DNA of 62,372 nt, counting the filler. It is 4 parts of 4 records of this genome, joined end to end, with 100 filler letters (N's around TTAATTAATTAA, not from the genome) between each part and the next. Parts side by side here need not be neighbours in the genome. Positions count along the whole stretch, not along the records: positions 34,771 to 51,875 come from DRR378314_1397; 3 more parts are not named here. One strand, written 5' to 3'. Each line of letters starts with the position of its first letter. Position 1 is the first letter of the stretch. The translations under genes were made by a program, and so were the position numbers. Under the pieces are notes generated by a model that searched no databases, had not been told where the DNA came from, and saw nothing but the letters and a program-made list of their open reading frames with translations. Below, in pieces: positions 40,445 to 50,461 of the stretch.

Positions 40445-41356
40445 ATGAACATCACTGACAAAGGAATACGGGAATCGGTCAATGAACTTTTTGATCAATA
40501 TATTTTAGATGCCTACGAAATTGTAGACCCGATGATAGAAATCGGTCAGGTTTTCGCATGTATTGGTATCTCGGTTTTTGCCATTCTAGTGTTTCTCAAT
40601 AAGGATAAGCGAGCTGATATTTTCGAACATCTCAAATGGATGCCATTGGCCTTTGTCCTTTTTAATTATCGGGCCCTGACAAGGACCATTCTTGAATTCT
40701 ACCAAGGAATTGGAATGTCCCTAAAGGCTAATGATATTTCATGGGACGTCCTCCATATTAAAATTTTGGTGGCCCAGACAACAGCTATGGTAGATTTTGG
40801 TGTTTCCTGGGTACTTCTACAAGGAGATCCGGAGGCTATACAAGTACTTGTTCTCGGGGCTTTCACTTCCGGTGTTACTGCCATTGCATCCGTTATTTCC
40901 GCCGTTGTGTTCGTGGGAATAAAAGCAATGTCCGTAGTCTATTTGTTCGTGTTGATAATATTTGGGCCATTAAATATAGGGTTATCCTTCATCCCTGTAT
41001 TTTCAGGTATGTGGAAGGCATGGCTACAAAAATTCATGAGTGTCTGCCTCTGGATACCCATGCTTCACCTTATCGATAACTTTATGTTGCACGTGTTGGA
41101 TAAGCTCATAGACTCACTACTATCAGAAGGAGATGCGAACTTAGGTTTAGTGCTCACCTGTGGTTTATTGATGTTGATGAACGTTTTTGTTTATCTAAAG
41201 GCCCCAATATTATCCAACTTCATCGTCCAGGGAATGAGCGTTAGTGCAGGCCATTTGAAGGATCTGGCAAAACACTATGTGAAAAAAGTTGCACAAACGA
41301 CAGTTGATGCCAACACGGGAGGAGCTACAAAGGGAGTAAGAACCTTAATACAATAA
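40445..41356 (+). CDS. traJ: TraJ/VirB6-like polytopic membrane protein
   Basis: YLFVLIIFGPLNIGLSFIPVF...WLQKFMSVCLW motif; multiple TMs. Confidence 0.82.
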   Translation: MNITDKGIRESVNELFDQYILDAYEIVDPMIEIGQVFACIGISVFAILVFLNKDKRADIFEHLKWMPLAFVLFNYRALTRTILEFYQGIGMSLKANDISWDVLHIKILVAQTTAMVDFGVSWVLLQGDPEAIQVLVLGAFTSGVTAIASVISAVVFVGIKAMSVVYLFVLIIFGPLNIGLSFIPVFSGMWKAWLQKFMSVCLWIPMLHLIDNFMLHVLDKLIDSLLSEGDANLGLVLTCGLLMLMNVFVYLKAPILSNFIVQGMSVSAGHLKDLAKHYVKKVAQTTVDANTGGATKGVRTLIQ

Positions 41357-41402
41357 GCGGTTTAACGATAAAAATTGACTTTAAACGATATCAAAAAAAC
41401 AG

Positions 41403-42020
41403 ATGGACGGTAATTATAAGATTTTCAACGATTTAAGCAAGATTGGTAGTAGGAGTAACAAAGTGCTATATGTATCTTTAATTCTCACGTTCGTAACCAC
41501 TATCCTCAATATCTTTTATACCTACAAGACGAACGAGAGCGCCAAAAACAATTTCTATCTGCTCGATAACGGCCAGAAGCTGGCTGCCGTCAGGATAAAG
41601 GACTACAAGCGGGCAATAGATATTTTATGTGAAGGCCATATTGCCAATTTCCATGAATTGTTTTTTGCGTTGGAACCCGATTTACGCCATATCAAGAGAA
41701 ATATCGAAGATAAGGCGCTGTATATGGCCGATCATTCGGTACAAAGGCTGTACAATCGTTTGATCGATCAAAACTATTACGAGGATATCGCCAAAAGTGG
41801 CTATTCGATAGAGATAGAAAAGGATTCAATTTTCGTGGATTACTCCGAATATCCATTTCCATTTCGATTCGTTGGAAAACAAAGGATTTTAAAGAGTGGC
41901 AATGTGGAATATCGGAATATGATAACCAAAGGGTACTTGGTAGAGACCAACTCAACTCCAAATAATTTGAACGGACTTAAGATTATAAAGTTCGACGTTT
42001 TAAAAAACCAAGATTTGTAA
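41403..42020 (+). CDS. traK: TraK/VirB8-like protein
   Basis: N-terminal TM; HIANFHELFFALEPD, ALYMADHS, YPFPFRF and NNLNGL motifs. Confidence 0.88.
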   Translation: MDGNYKIFNDLSKIGSRSNKVLYVSLILTFVTTILNIFYTYKTNESAKNNFYLLDNGQKLAAVRIKDYKRAIDILCEGHIANFHELFFALEPDLRHIKRNIEDKALYMADHSVQRLYNRLIDQNYYEDIAKSGYSIEIEKDSIFVDYSEYPFPFRFVGKQRILKSGNVEYRNMITKGYLVETNSTPNNLNGLKIIKFDVLKNQDL

Positions 42021-42030
42021 TTACGAACCT

Positions 42031-43041
42031 ATGAATCGCAAAATTGACCAATTCAATCTTTGGATAAAACGGCATAGACTGTTCGCTTTCTTTGCCCCTA
42101 TTATAGTTCTTCTGGCAGTATTTTTTGTAATGACCAGTATCAGTTCTATGGGCAAGGACAAGCAAAAAAGTAACAGTGACGATGCGTACAACAGCAATTT
42201 GCCAGACCATAACAAACAACTCGATGCTACGAAACCTAACGATATTTACAAAAAGTTACAGCAAGATTCTCTAGATCAATTGAGGTCAAAAGGACTCTTC
42301 AAGAGCATTTTAGAAACCAAGAAAGAGAATGATTCGTTAGAACGTATTTTAGAGGAACTCAATAACTTTTCTTTGGATGAAAAGGAAAACAGTAGCAATA
42401 GGAGTGTCAAGGACACTTCATATCCCGAAACAATTATTCCCGAGTACACTTCAAAAACCACGAATGCACAAAAAAAACTGGAATACAGAAATCTATTGAT
42501 GCAAGCAAGGGATCAAAGACTTGCCCGTAGTCAGGATTATTCAGCTCCATATACCAAACCATCCACCGACTCAAAGACAAATGCAATAGCATTCGATGCA
42601 GCAATTTACCGTGACCAGTTTATTTTACCGGGTAACCGTGTTACCCTAATCTTAAAGGATGATATCTATTACAAGGGTAGGCGATTCCCTAAGAATACAT
42701 TTGTTTATGCAACTGCCAACGTTAAGGGATCAAGGGTCTTATTGGAGATAAGCAATATTGACAATTTAGCAATGGAATTGACCGCAATTGATCAGGAAGA
42801 TGGCATGGTCGGACTGCACAATGAGCGAGCGGGTCAATTGTTGCAGGAATTCACAGCCGATATTCAACAACAAAGTGTAAACGAATTATCGGAGGCTGTC
42901 GGCGAAACAGTAGAAATTCCATTGGCACAAAACCTGGTACGCTCCTTTGGCAATTTTTTCCAAAAGAAAAAATACAAACAGAAAGACAAGATACTTTTGG
43001 TAAATGGAGACCGTGTAATTCTAAAACTAAAAAAAATATAG
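42031..43041 (+). CDS. traM: TraM/VirB10-like protein
   Basis: N-terminal TM; C-terminal AAIYRDQ...RVTLIL...PKNTFVY...DQEDGMVGL domain. Confidence 0.82.
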   Translation: MNRKIDQFNLWIKRHRLFAFFAPIIVLLAVFFVMTSISSMGKDKQKSNSDDAYNSNLPDHNKQLDATKPNDIYKKLQQDSLDQLRSKGLFKSILETKKENDSLERILEELNNFSLDEKENSSNRSVKDTSYPETIIPEYTSKTTNAQKKLEYRNLLMQARDQRLARSQDYSAPYTKPSTDSKTNAIAFDAAIYRDQFILPGNRVTLILKDDIYYKGRRFPKNTFVYATANVKGSRVLLEISNIDNLAMELTAIDQEDGMVGLHNERAGQLLQEFTADIQQQSVNELSEAVGETVEIPLAQNLVRSFGNFFQKKKYKQKDKILLVNGDRVILKLKKI

Positions 43042-44018
43042 TGATGATGAAGGCACTATTGCTCATATCAGCCCTATTTTCAGGGTGTGCGTTGGTTGGC
43101 CAAGCCTCTAGCGATACCTTGCAGATATCCAAGGACTTCAAGACCATTCTTATTTTTCCTGAAAACATTTCCGAAAGTAGTATCGGCAACGATTTCGGTT
43201 TTATTGTGGACTTACCAAAACCGGAAGGCGGCAAATTTAGTGGCCGAATAATAAAACTCTATTACGATGAACTCGCCATCGAAAAAGAAAATGTAACCAA
43301 CTATTTGGTCATTACTGATACTGGAAACGTTTACGATTTTGTATTGGAATTGGTTACGGTTCCGGAAAAAACGACATGGTACATCACTCAAGAAATGGCC
43401 GTTGCCAACATTGAGGGAAAACCAATTGAAAAAAGGAACGAAAAACAGCGGCAGATAGCAACACCTGAGAAGCTTAACAATGAAATGGAGAAAATGGACA
43501 CAATTTCCCATATTAAAAACTCCGACAAAATAGTTGCTGGTAATTCTAAAGATAGTGCTACCAAGGAGTTGTACCTATCCGACCCTTTGGAATATTATCG
43601 CCTTCGATGTTATTATATGCAATTCGACAAGCCTAAAATCAGTCGGTATTTTTCTAGATTGGACAATGTTTTCCTATGGCTAAAAGGTGTCTATTATAAC
43701 GAGGACGAGCTTTATTTTCAATATAGGATAGAAAACAAGGAAGGCCTAGATATGGATATCAATTTTATAAAGCATCAAATTGCAACCAATTATAAAAATA
43801 GCAGTAGTAACCAAAAAATGGAGCTCAAACCGGTTTTTGTATATAAACAACCTAAAACCATAGCAGGAAAAAGCGAGAACCATTTTGTTGTGGTATTTAA
43901 AAAGTTTGCCTTGGATGAGAAAAAAGAGGTTCTGGTGGAATTGGACGAAGAGTCCGGCAACCGCAATCTTTCATTGCGCATTGGCCATGAAATTATCAAT
44001 AATCCCATAAACTTTTAA
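43041..44018 (+). CDS. traN: TraN/VirB9-like (DUF4138) protein
   Basis: Signal peptide; KTILIFPENI, TNYLVITDTG, LKGVYY, VVFKKFAL, ELDEESGNRNL motifs. Confidence 0.82.
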   Translation: MMMKALLLISALFSGCALVGQASSDTLQISKDFKTILIFPENISESSIGNDFGFIVDLPKPEGGKFSGRIIKLYYDELAIEKENVTNYLVITDTGNVYDFVLELVTVPEKTTWYITQEMAVANIEGKPIEKRNEKQRQIATPEKLNNEMEKMDTISHIKNSDKIVAGNSKDSATKELYLSDPLEYYRLRCYYMQFDKPKISRYFSRLDNVFLWLKGVYYNEDELYFQYRIENKEGLDMDINFIKHQIATNYKNSSSNQKMELKPVFVYKQPKTIAGKSENHFVVVFKKFALDEKKEVLVELDEESGNRNLSLRIGHEIINNPINF

Positions 44019-44020
44019 AA

Positions 44021-44560
44021 ATGAGGAACTCTATAGCCGTTTTGGCACTTTTCATTACGACAACGGCATACACGCAAAGTGGCAATTATGCCTCATCGGT
44101 CGGAATAAGCGGGGGTTACGCGGAGGATGGCTATGGTATAATGGCCACGTTCAATTACCACATAAACAGAGAGCGTTATGTGCAATTAAACATATTTGCC
44201 GCCATTGCAGAGGATAAGGGTACGTTTGATATTCCTTATAACATTTTCACTGTACAGCCCGGATACTTCATCAAGATTTGGGAACAGAAAAATTTTAAAC
44301 GGTATGCCCTCAATTTTGGCGGAGGGGCAATTATCGGATACGAGGTCATTAACAATGGCAGCTACTTGCTTGAGAACGGAGCGATCATAGATGCTAAAAG
44401 TCAATTTATATATGGAGCCTATTTGGGACTGGAAGGGGAAATAACCCTCAGCAATGATTTCTCCTTTTTACTAAAGGCCAACGAATACTATCACGTCAAT
44501 AGCGATATAGGAAATTTTTATCCTTATGTCGGAATCGGTCTTCGCTATTTTCTGTTCTAA
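44021..44560 (+). CDS. traO: TraO-like outer-membrane beta-barrel
   Basis: Signal peptide, GGGAIIGYEVIN motif, terminal GIGLRYFLF; position after traN. Confidence 0.8.
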   Translation: MRNSIAVLALFITTTAYTQSGNYASSVGISGGYAEDGYGIMATFNYHINRERYVQLNIFAAIAEDKGTFDIPYNIFTVQPGYFIKIWEQKNFKRYALNFGGGAIIGYEVINNGSYLLENGAIIDAKSQFIYGAYLGLEGEITLSNDFSFLLKANEYYHVNSDIGNFYPYVGIGLRYFLF

Positions 44561-44571
44561 ACATATTGAAG

Positions 44572-47500
44572 ATGAAAAACTACAAAAGAGTAACTAAAGT
44601 AGTGCTGGGGCTTGTCGCCTTAATATCAGTGCTTATCATTGCTTGTAGCAAGGATTTTGAGGATATAATTTTGGATGATTTTGATTTTGATTTCTCCATT
44701 GAACAGCCGGAAACCAGTTTCGTTTTTGAAAGTGCCAAAACTTTATTTTCAATTGTTCCTGAAAAGGAAATAAGTACTGTTCATTATTATGCGCGATTTA
44801 CGACTTTGAATGGCAAAGGATACTTCATGAACATGTTAGGCGATACTATCCTTGAGAATGATACGCTGAACATTATAGACAAGCAGTGGTCATATAATTA
44901 TGTAGCCATCGATACAGGCATGCATAAAATTAACTTCATTGCTTGGGATTCAAATGCCAGGGAGAAAAAAATGGAACTATTGCACTATGCCAAATACGCC
45001 AGTTTTAGCTTTTTGCTAAACAAAGGGGTCAACGATTTTATCATCAATTCCAAGAATCCTGTGAACGTAACACTACTTAGGGATAAGGAAACCGAAAACC
45101 CCGATAATAAAGGGGAATTTGAAATAACGTATCAGATAGAAAATGGAACCGGGAAACTCTATTTGAAAGAAGAAGCTTTTGACGCTGGAAAGCCATTTAA
45201 CTTACCAAAAGGAATTTCAGAGATGGGATACCTTCCGGATACCTTGGGCGAACATAAATTAATCGTTACGGCCAAAGCTCCTGATGGTGCTACCTTGACA
45301 GAGGTTCTTCTTATTACTGTACTTAACCTCGGCTTTACAATTAATGCCACTGCTGCATCAACCCAAGTGGAATTGAATACTAATTTGGCCGTCGCCATAG
45401 ATCTGAGGACCCAAGACGAAGAATCTGACGTAGCATATGAAATTACCCATTCCTTTTCATCTACTAGCGAAGGTGCAGGTACCGTGCGCGACCAGAACGG
45501 TGGCGTGATGGATCCAGGTAAATTTAGACCTATAATTCCCAATTCCTACAATTTCACTTTTACGAGTACTGAACTGGGAAAACGGACAATATTCTTTGAT
45601 GTGAGGGATTCTAACGGACAGATTAAACAGGACAGCGTTGAAATCGAGGTGGCGAACATCCCATTTACTTTTTCCGGTAATTCGGAAAGCAATTCAGTTT
45701 TTTTAAATGAGCGTACTCAACTCAATTTTAATATTAAATCCAATGGCAACACAGAGAATATAGATTACAATATTTCCTATGAAATTGTGGAGGGCAACGG
45801 AAGGCTGACCGGGATCGATGGCAACACCCTACAGAACTCAACAGGCTATCCAGTGGAACTTGGTAACTTTTCACTTTTTTATTATCCAGAAAGTTTAGGT
45901 TCGCACCAAATTTCATTTATTGTAACCGACAATTACGGTCAGGAAGTGGGGCCGGTCAATATTGACCTTGAAACCAAACAGAACGATTTTACATTGAGTA
46001 TGACCCCGTCAAAGACTTCCGAGTTTGCAAATTTACCAGTAGATATAATTATTGACATCAATGAAATACCTGAAGGGACCAATGATACTTATGAAGCCTT
46101 TTATTCATCCGGCAGGAATAGTTCACTACGAGTAAACGGAATAGAATACGGACCAGGCGAAAAATTTCAACTTGTACCAAATAACAATAATGTAGTCTAT
46201 ACTGGTGCCCAAGCTGGTCAGCATGATATTGTTCTGAGTGTAGAGTCAAGTGCAAATGTGACGCATACTGCGAATACTATGGTGAACTACAACCAAGTGG
46301 ATTTTCTGTTCACAGGTGGAAGTCAAAAAACAGACATTTCAGTCGGGGAGATCACCTCGCTTAACTTCAACATTTCGGAAAGTATTGGTTCTTCAGAATA
46401 TAATATAAGATATAGCTCAAACGGCAATGCCCTTATTAGGAATGAAAATGGCACAGAAGTGAGTGCAGGAAATATTTATGATATTCCCAAAGGAAATTTC
46501 AACTGGAGTCTGGAAGGTACCGACGAGAGCAATATCAATTTAACCTTTTATGTTCAAAACGATACCGGTCTGGAAAAAACGGTTACCATATCCATCGACG
46601 TAACGCCAAAGAATTATAATTTTACAGCAAACGCTACACAATCACAGGTTTATATTGGAGAAACTGTAGATATTAATTTCAATATTAGCGAATTGGGCAT
46701 TGGAGGAGATAGCTATGTGATGTATTTTTCATCCGGAGGAAGCAACGGTAGCTTTGAATATCAAGGCAATACTTATGCGGCAGGTGAAAGTTTTAACGTT
46801 CCAGTTGGCTCTTTCCAGGGAAGTTATACTGGTATATCTGAATCCAACCATAATATTGAGTTTACGGTCAGATCATCTTCAGAGGTTGAAAAAACAGCAG
46901 ATGTAAATATCAATTTTGAAAAATATGAAGAATTTTTTGATCTTACCATCGGACAATCAACACTAGACAAATATCAAAATCAACCCTTTCTATTAAATGT
47001 GGTCACAAATTCTACCGCCGGACACGATACATCTGTCATGTACCAAATGACATTTGAATTTGCCGATATGAATGGGGGTTATATAAATCATCAGGGAAAG
47101 ATATATAGGGAAGGTGAGATTATTCCCTTGAAGTATGGTTCAGTTGCCATGCAATTTTATCCACAAATTGACGAAAGTTTTACTATTAATTTTCGTGTAG
47201 AAAATTCAACCGGGATATCACAGACTACCAGTGAATCGATTTTAATGCTTAAAAAGCCCACAGCAGCCGTCAAAGGAGAGAAGCATAATATACGATGTGG
47301 TGGTCTTAATGGCTGTGACTACGTGGTTCGGATATATACCTGTTTTGCTGCAAATTGTTCAGAAGCTTATAATGGTGCCACCTTACAACAGGTGGAGGTG
47401 CGAATCTTCAATAGAAATACTAGTAGATGGGATACAATGCTATTCAATTACAATGACGCACGAGGATCAGGTGTTGAACGCTATTTTGAATTAGAGGAAG

Positions 47501-47610
47501 AACCAAGGGAGAATAGACTTCGATATCAAGACCAGCCTTATGAAGTTAGGGTTTATGATTCTAATGGGCAATGGAGTGAAAAAGCTACTGGAAATATCAT
47601 TCGTGTATAA
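44572..47610 (+). CDS. Large lipoprotein with ~8 tandem TraQ-like Ig-fold repeats and a Cys-rich tip
   Basis: Lipobox IIAC; ~105-aa units of the form F-x-F...G-x-G...G-x-H-x-I-x-F-x-V-x-D/N; traQ position in the operon. Confidence 0.7.
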   Translation: MKNYKRVTKVVLGLVALISVLIIACSKDFEDIILDDFDFDFSIEQPETSFVFESAKTLFSIVPEKEISTVHYYARFTTLNGKGYFMNMLGDTILENDTLNIIDKQWSYNYVAIDTGMHKINFIAWDSNAREKKMELLHYAKYASFSFLLNKGVNDFIINSKNPVNVTLLRDKETENPDNKGEFEITYQIENGTGKLYLKEEAFDAGKPFNLPKGISEMGYLPDTLGEHKLIVTAKAPDGATLTEVLLITVLNLGFTINATAASTQVELNTNLAVAIDLRTQDEESDVAYEITHSFSSTSEGAGTVRDQNGGVMDPGKFRPIIPNSYNFTFTSTELGKRTIFFDVRDSNGQIKQDSVEIEVANIPFTFSGNSESNSVFLNERTQLNFNIKSNGNTENIDYNISYEIVEGNGRLTGIDGNTLQNSTGYPVELGNFSLFYYPESLGSHQISFIVTDNYGQEVGPVNIDLETKQNDFTLSMTPSKTSEFANLPVDIIIDINEIPEGTNDTYEAFYSSGRNSSLRVNGIEYGPGEKFQLVPNNNNVVYTGAQAGQHDIVLSVESSANVTHTANTMVNYNQVDFLFTGGSQKTDISVGEITSLNFNISESIGSSEYNIRYSSNGNALIRNENGTEVSAGNIYDIPKGNFNWSLEGTDESNINLTFYVQNDTGLEKTVTISIDVTPKNYNFTANATQSQVYIGETVDINFNISELGIGGDSYVMYFSSGGSNGSFEYQGNTYAAGESFNVPVGSFQGSYTGISESNHNIEFTVRSSSEVEKTADVNINFEKYEEFFDLTIGQSTLDKYQNQPFLLNVVTNSTAGHDTSVMYQMTFEFADMNGGYINHQGKIYREGEIIPLKYGSVAMQFYPQIDESFTINFRVENSTGISQTTSESILMLKKPTAAVKGEKHNIRCGGLNGCDYVVRIYTCFAANCSEAYNGATLQQVEVRIFNRNTSRWDTMLFNYNDARGSGVERYFELEEEPRENRLRYQDQPYEVRVYDSNGQWSEKATGNIIRV

Positions 47611-47622
47611 ATTTTCTTATAA

Positions 47623-48108
47623 CTAGCTTTTCTTAAATGTGATTGTTACAATAACATTCTGACCACCTAAATTATCATTTGTTTCAATTTGCAGCTTACT
47701 TCTGTTAAGCTCGAGAATCCGCATCTCATTTCTCATATCAAATTGAATAATCGAATTATTTATTAATTGGTAGCTATCCTCTTCAATAGTTGAATAAGGG
47801 TCTTGATCATCACATGACAAGCCATTTTCGTTGATAGCGTATGCTCCTTTCTCCCCTACGCCCATTTTTGTAAAAAACGTAAGGTTATCCTTTAAACATT
47901 GCCTAATTTCTTGGGTATTGAACAAGTCAATATTAACCGTTCCATCCCCATTGATATCCACAGCCCTATCGGTCATAATAGATTGATATTCCCATTGGCC
48001 CAGAAGCGCTTGAGCCCTGTCCGATTCTGAAACATTGTCATTATCATTACTACAAGCAAAAAATAACAAAATAGAAAAAATGAGAAAAACATTAGTAATA
48101 ATTTTCAT
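47623..48108 (-). CDS. Lipocalin-like lipoprotein (DUF5004-like)
   Basis: Lipobox FFAC; LLGQWEY, AVDINGDG, CLKDN motifs. Confidence 0.7.
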   Translation of the reverse strand: MKIITNVFLIFSILLFFACSNDNDNVSESDRAQALLGQWEYQSIMTDRAVDINGDGTVNIDLFNTQEIRQCLKDNLTFFTKMGVGEKGAYAINENGLSCDDQDPYSTIEEDSYQLINNSIIQFDMRNEMRILELNRSKLQIETNDNLGGQNVIVTITFKKS

Positions 48109-48470
48109 CTGTTTATTTTTTTTGTTTTTAAAAGGTCAGACCTGCCCGACTACTTCATTCAGGCGGGTGTAATTCGCCAATAATCATTTACTCACGAGTT
48201 TTTATTTTAAATTTTGGAGTTCGTGAATCTTCGATTTCGGTTGATATCAAGAATTTTCATGGCTCATTTCATAAGAACATGTTTTAGACCTTTGCATAAA
48301 GATAAATATTATGAGCGTAGGTATGGCAATCATTAAAACTCTAATTATATCTTCATTTAATTAAACTTCCATAAATTTACAAAAACCCTTTAGTGTAACA
48401 CCTGTTGCCCTGTGTGGCCTCATGGCTCTGGCTTTAGGGTTTTGTTTCTTTAAATTCTTAAGTAGAGGAT

Positions 48471-48665
48471 TTAATCCCGATTAAACCCATACTTTACCAA
48501 CTCTTTCAATAAAGATTCATAATGCTTTTCAGGAAAGTCCCTTCGTTCATTCAGGAAATGGCGTAGGGTATCCCTTGGCATTTTACAGTTGTCCTCTAAC
48601 TTCCTAATAGAGAGAGCTTCCCGTTCCAACAACCAGTTTCTTAAGGGTACAAACTTATAATCCAT
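48471..48665 (-). CDS. Small HTH (XRE-like) DNA-binding protein
   Basis: LSIRKLEDNCKMPRDTLRHFLNERR; TACATTTG -7 box at 48692-48699 supports the ATG at 48665. Confidence 0.65.
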   Translation of the reverse strand: MDYKFVPLRNWLLEREALSIRKLEDNCKMPRDTLRHFLNERRDFPEKHYESLLKELVKYGFNRD

Positions 48666-48747
48666 AGTGGTATAGATTTTTGAACTTATTACAAATGTAC
48701 TCAAAAGCGTACAATCTAAATTATATATTTTAATCAAAATGAAGGAC

Positions 48748-49209
48748 TTAAAAAAGCCCTTCATCTGCGAAAGAGAAATATCCCTCCCTGGTGATTATTA
48801 TACTGTCAAGGGTTGATATGTCCACCAACTTAGAGGCTTCCCTCAATTTGTTGGAGATCTGTTTATCTGCTTCTGAAGGTTTCAGATTGCCAGATGGATG
48901 GTTGTGGACCAGTATCAGGGAGCTTGTTTTGATCAGGATGGCATGTCGCAGCACATCCTTTGTCGAAATTAGACAACCGTTATCGGTGCCAGATGTAAGA
49001 TGATGTATGTTCACCACCTGATTCTTTCGGTTTAAATGTATGACCTTCACTTCTTCGTGATCGTCCATTATCTCATTAAAGTAGGGATAAATGAACTCTC
49101 TCACGGAACTCGAAGAGGTTATTTGAAAAGTGGGTAGTTCTGTTCTCCTGTAAATGGCCGTTAGCTCTCCAACGAAATCTTTAAAGGTTGCGATTCGAAT
49201 GTCTTTCAT
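48748..49209 (-). CDS. radC: RadC-like JAB/MPN domain protein
   Basis: EE...HNHPSGNLKPSEAD...LDSIII JAB motif; stand-alone mobile-element form. Confidence 0.9.
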   Translation of the reverse strand: MKDIRIATFKDFVGELTAIYRRTELPTFQITSSSSVREFIYPYFNEIMDDHEEVKVIHLNRKNQVVNIHHLTSGTDNGCLISTKDVLRHAILIKTSSLILVHNHPSGNLKPSEADKQISNKLREASKLVDISTLDSIIITREGYFSFADEGLF

Positions 49210-49227
49210 AATAGTATGTTTTTAAGA

Positions 49228-49385
49228 TTATGCGGCGAAAAAAATCAACAGGAGCGTAGCGGTGGGGATAAGTCCATGTGGAGATTTTAAAAAATTGTGG
49301 TGGGCTCCCCCGACAGGAGGGATACCCCATTTTTTCAAATACTACATGGACAGGGCAAATGCGGCTTGATTAAATTGCGGCATAA
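49228..49385. promoter_or_regulatory. Long nested inverted-repeat structure upstream of the radC-like gene (candidate ssDNA promoter)
   Basis: Nested pairs TTATGC/GCATAA, AATCAA/TTGATT, GTCCATGT/ACATGGAC, AAAAAAT/ATTTTTT, CTCC/GGAG. Confidence 0.5.
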
Positions 49386-49856
49386 GTATGAAAAATGAAT
49401 TTTTAGGCTGGCACCTACCCTTATAAATAAGAAACTCCCAGATCATTTTGGAAGGGTTCGATTCCCTTTTTAAAACGAACCCAGTTAGATCGATATAGAA
49501 ATTAATTGTAACCATAAAATATTGATATTAGGACGATTCCGCCCATAGTCGATCCCTTACTCCTGAAAAATTACGCATGTACGGAATCCCAATGTTCATG
49601 TTACACGCTAACTCGAACCGATGTCCTTTTTTTGCATATATCAAATGGATATCTTGCTAGTAGAGGGTCAAAATGGTTGTCTTTTAAATGGAAAAAATGA
49701 TAAGAATAAAAAAAATAGAGATAAAGTTTCCTAAATGGAAATGATGGCAAGTAAGTTTGGGATTGGGAATAATTTACATATTTACAAATGTAAATTCAAT
49801 AGAACTATTACAAGTAGCAAAAGAACTGCTGAAAGTTTGGCTAGAAGGTTAATGTG

Positions 49857-50192
49857 CTAAGGTTTCATTTGCAGATTGGCGAACAGACAAAGTTCCTTTA
49901 TCTCGTCGACAGTTCTTCTTCCTGCATTCTTGGTGCCCAAAAGTTTCTTCATCGAGAGCTTGGCCAAGTCCTGGGTCGTTCCTTCCCATATGTCGATATG
50001 GTCCATTGCTTTCAATACGTTCAATGCCCGGGTGGACAACGGCAATTGGCAGATCTTGGTGTTCTTGTCAACGTTGACAAATTTGGATATCAAGTTGACC
50101 TCCTCTTCCATTTCCTTATAAAGGAGAGGAACTTGTTTCTTGAATTTTCTTATGGTGGATAGGGCTTCCAAAAATTCATAGTAAGTGATCAT
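49857..50192 (-). CDS. Stand-alone RNA polymerase alpha-subunit C-terminal-domain-like protein
   Basis: ICQLPLSTRALNVLK...DLAKLSMKKLLGTKNAGRRTVDEI aligns with the alpha-CTD pattern LSVRxxNxLK...DL...LLxxxNxGxKSxxEI. Confidence 0.75.
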   Translation of the reverse strand: MITYYEFLEALSTIRKFKKQVPLLYKEMEEEVNLISKFVNVDKNTKICQLPLSTRALNVLKAMDHIDIWEGTTQDLAKLSMKKLLGTKNAGRRTVDEIKELCLFANLQMKP

Positions 50193-50199
50193 GTTCTTT

Positions 50200-50450
50200 T
50201 TATTTTTCGATCTCGAACGCTTTTAGCTTGGGTATACGTACCCTATCCGGTTCCTGCTGTTGAAAATCTTTTATTTCCTGTACGACAAGATTCATGTCCT
50301 TCAAAAACTCGGTATCCGCCCCGTTTTCCTTTGCGACCTGATAATAGGCCTCCAAGTTGGCACGGTAAATAAATCGTGACCGACAGTCACGAACGCCGGG
50401 ACATCATTTTTGATGCATTTTATCAATATGCCCTTTTGGTCTTTCATCAT
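50200..50450 (-). pseudogene. Frameshifted small hypothetical gene
   Basis: MMKDQKGILIKCIKNDVPAFV...VPT continues in another frame as LEAYYQVAKENGADTEFLKDM...EIEK*; one added base near 50356 restores a single ~83-aa ORF. Confidence 0.55.
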
Positions 50451-50461
50451 TTTATTAAACT

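Noticed and set aside
49452-49468. AAGGG-TTCGATT-CCCTT T-arm-like hairpin as an ICE att site
   Set aside because: Isolated hairpin with no acceptor-stem sequence and no partner repeat in the window
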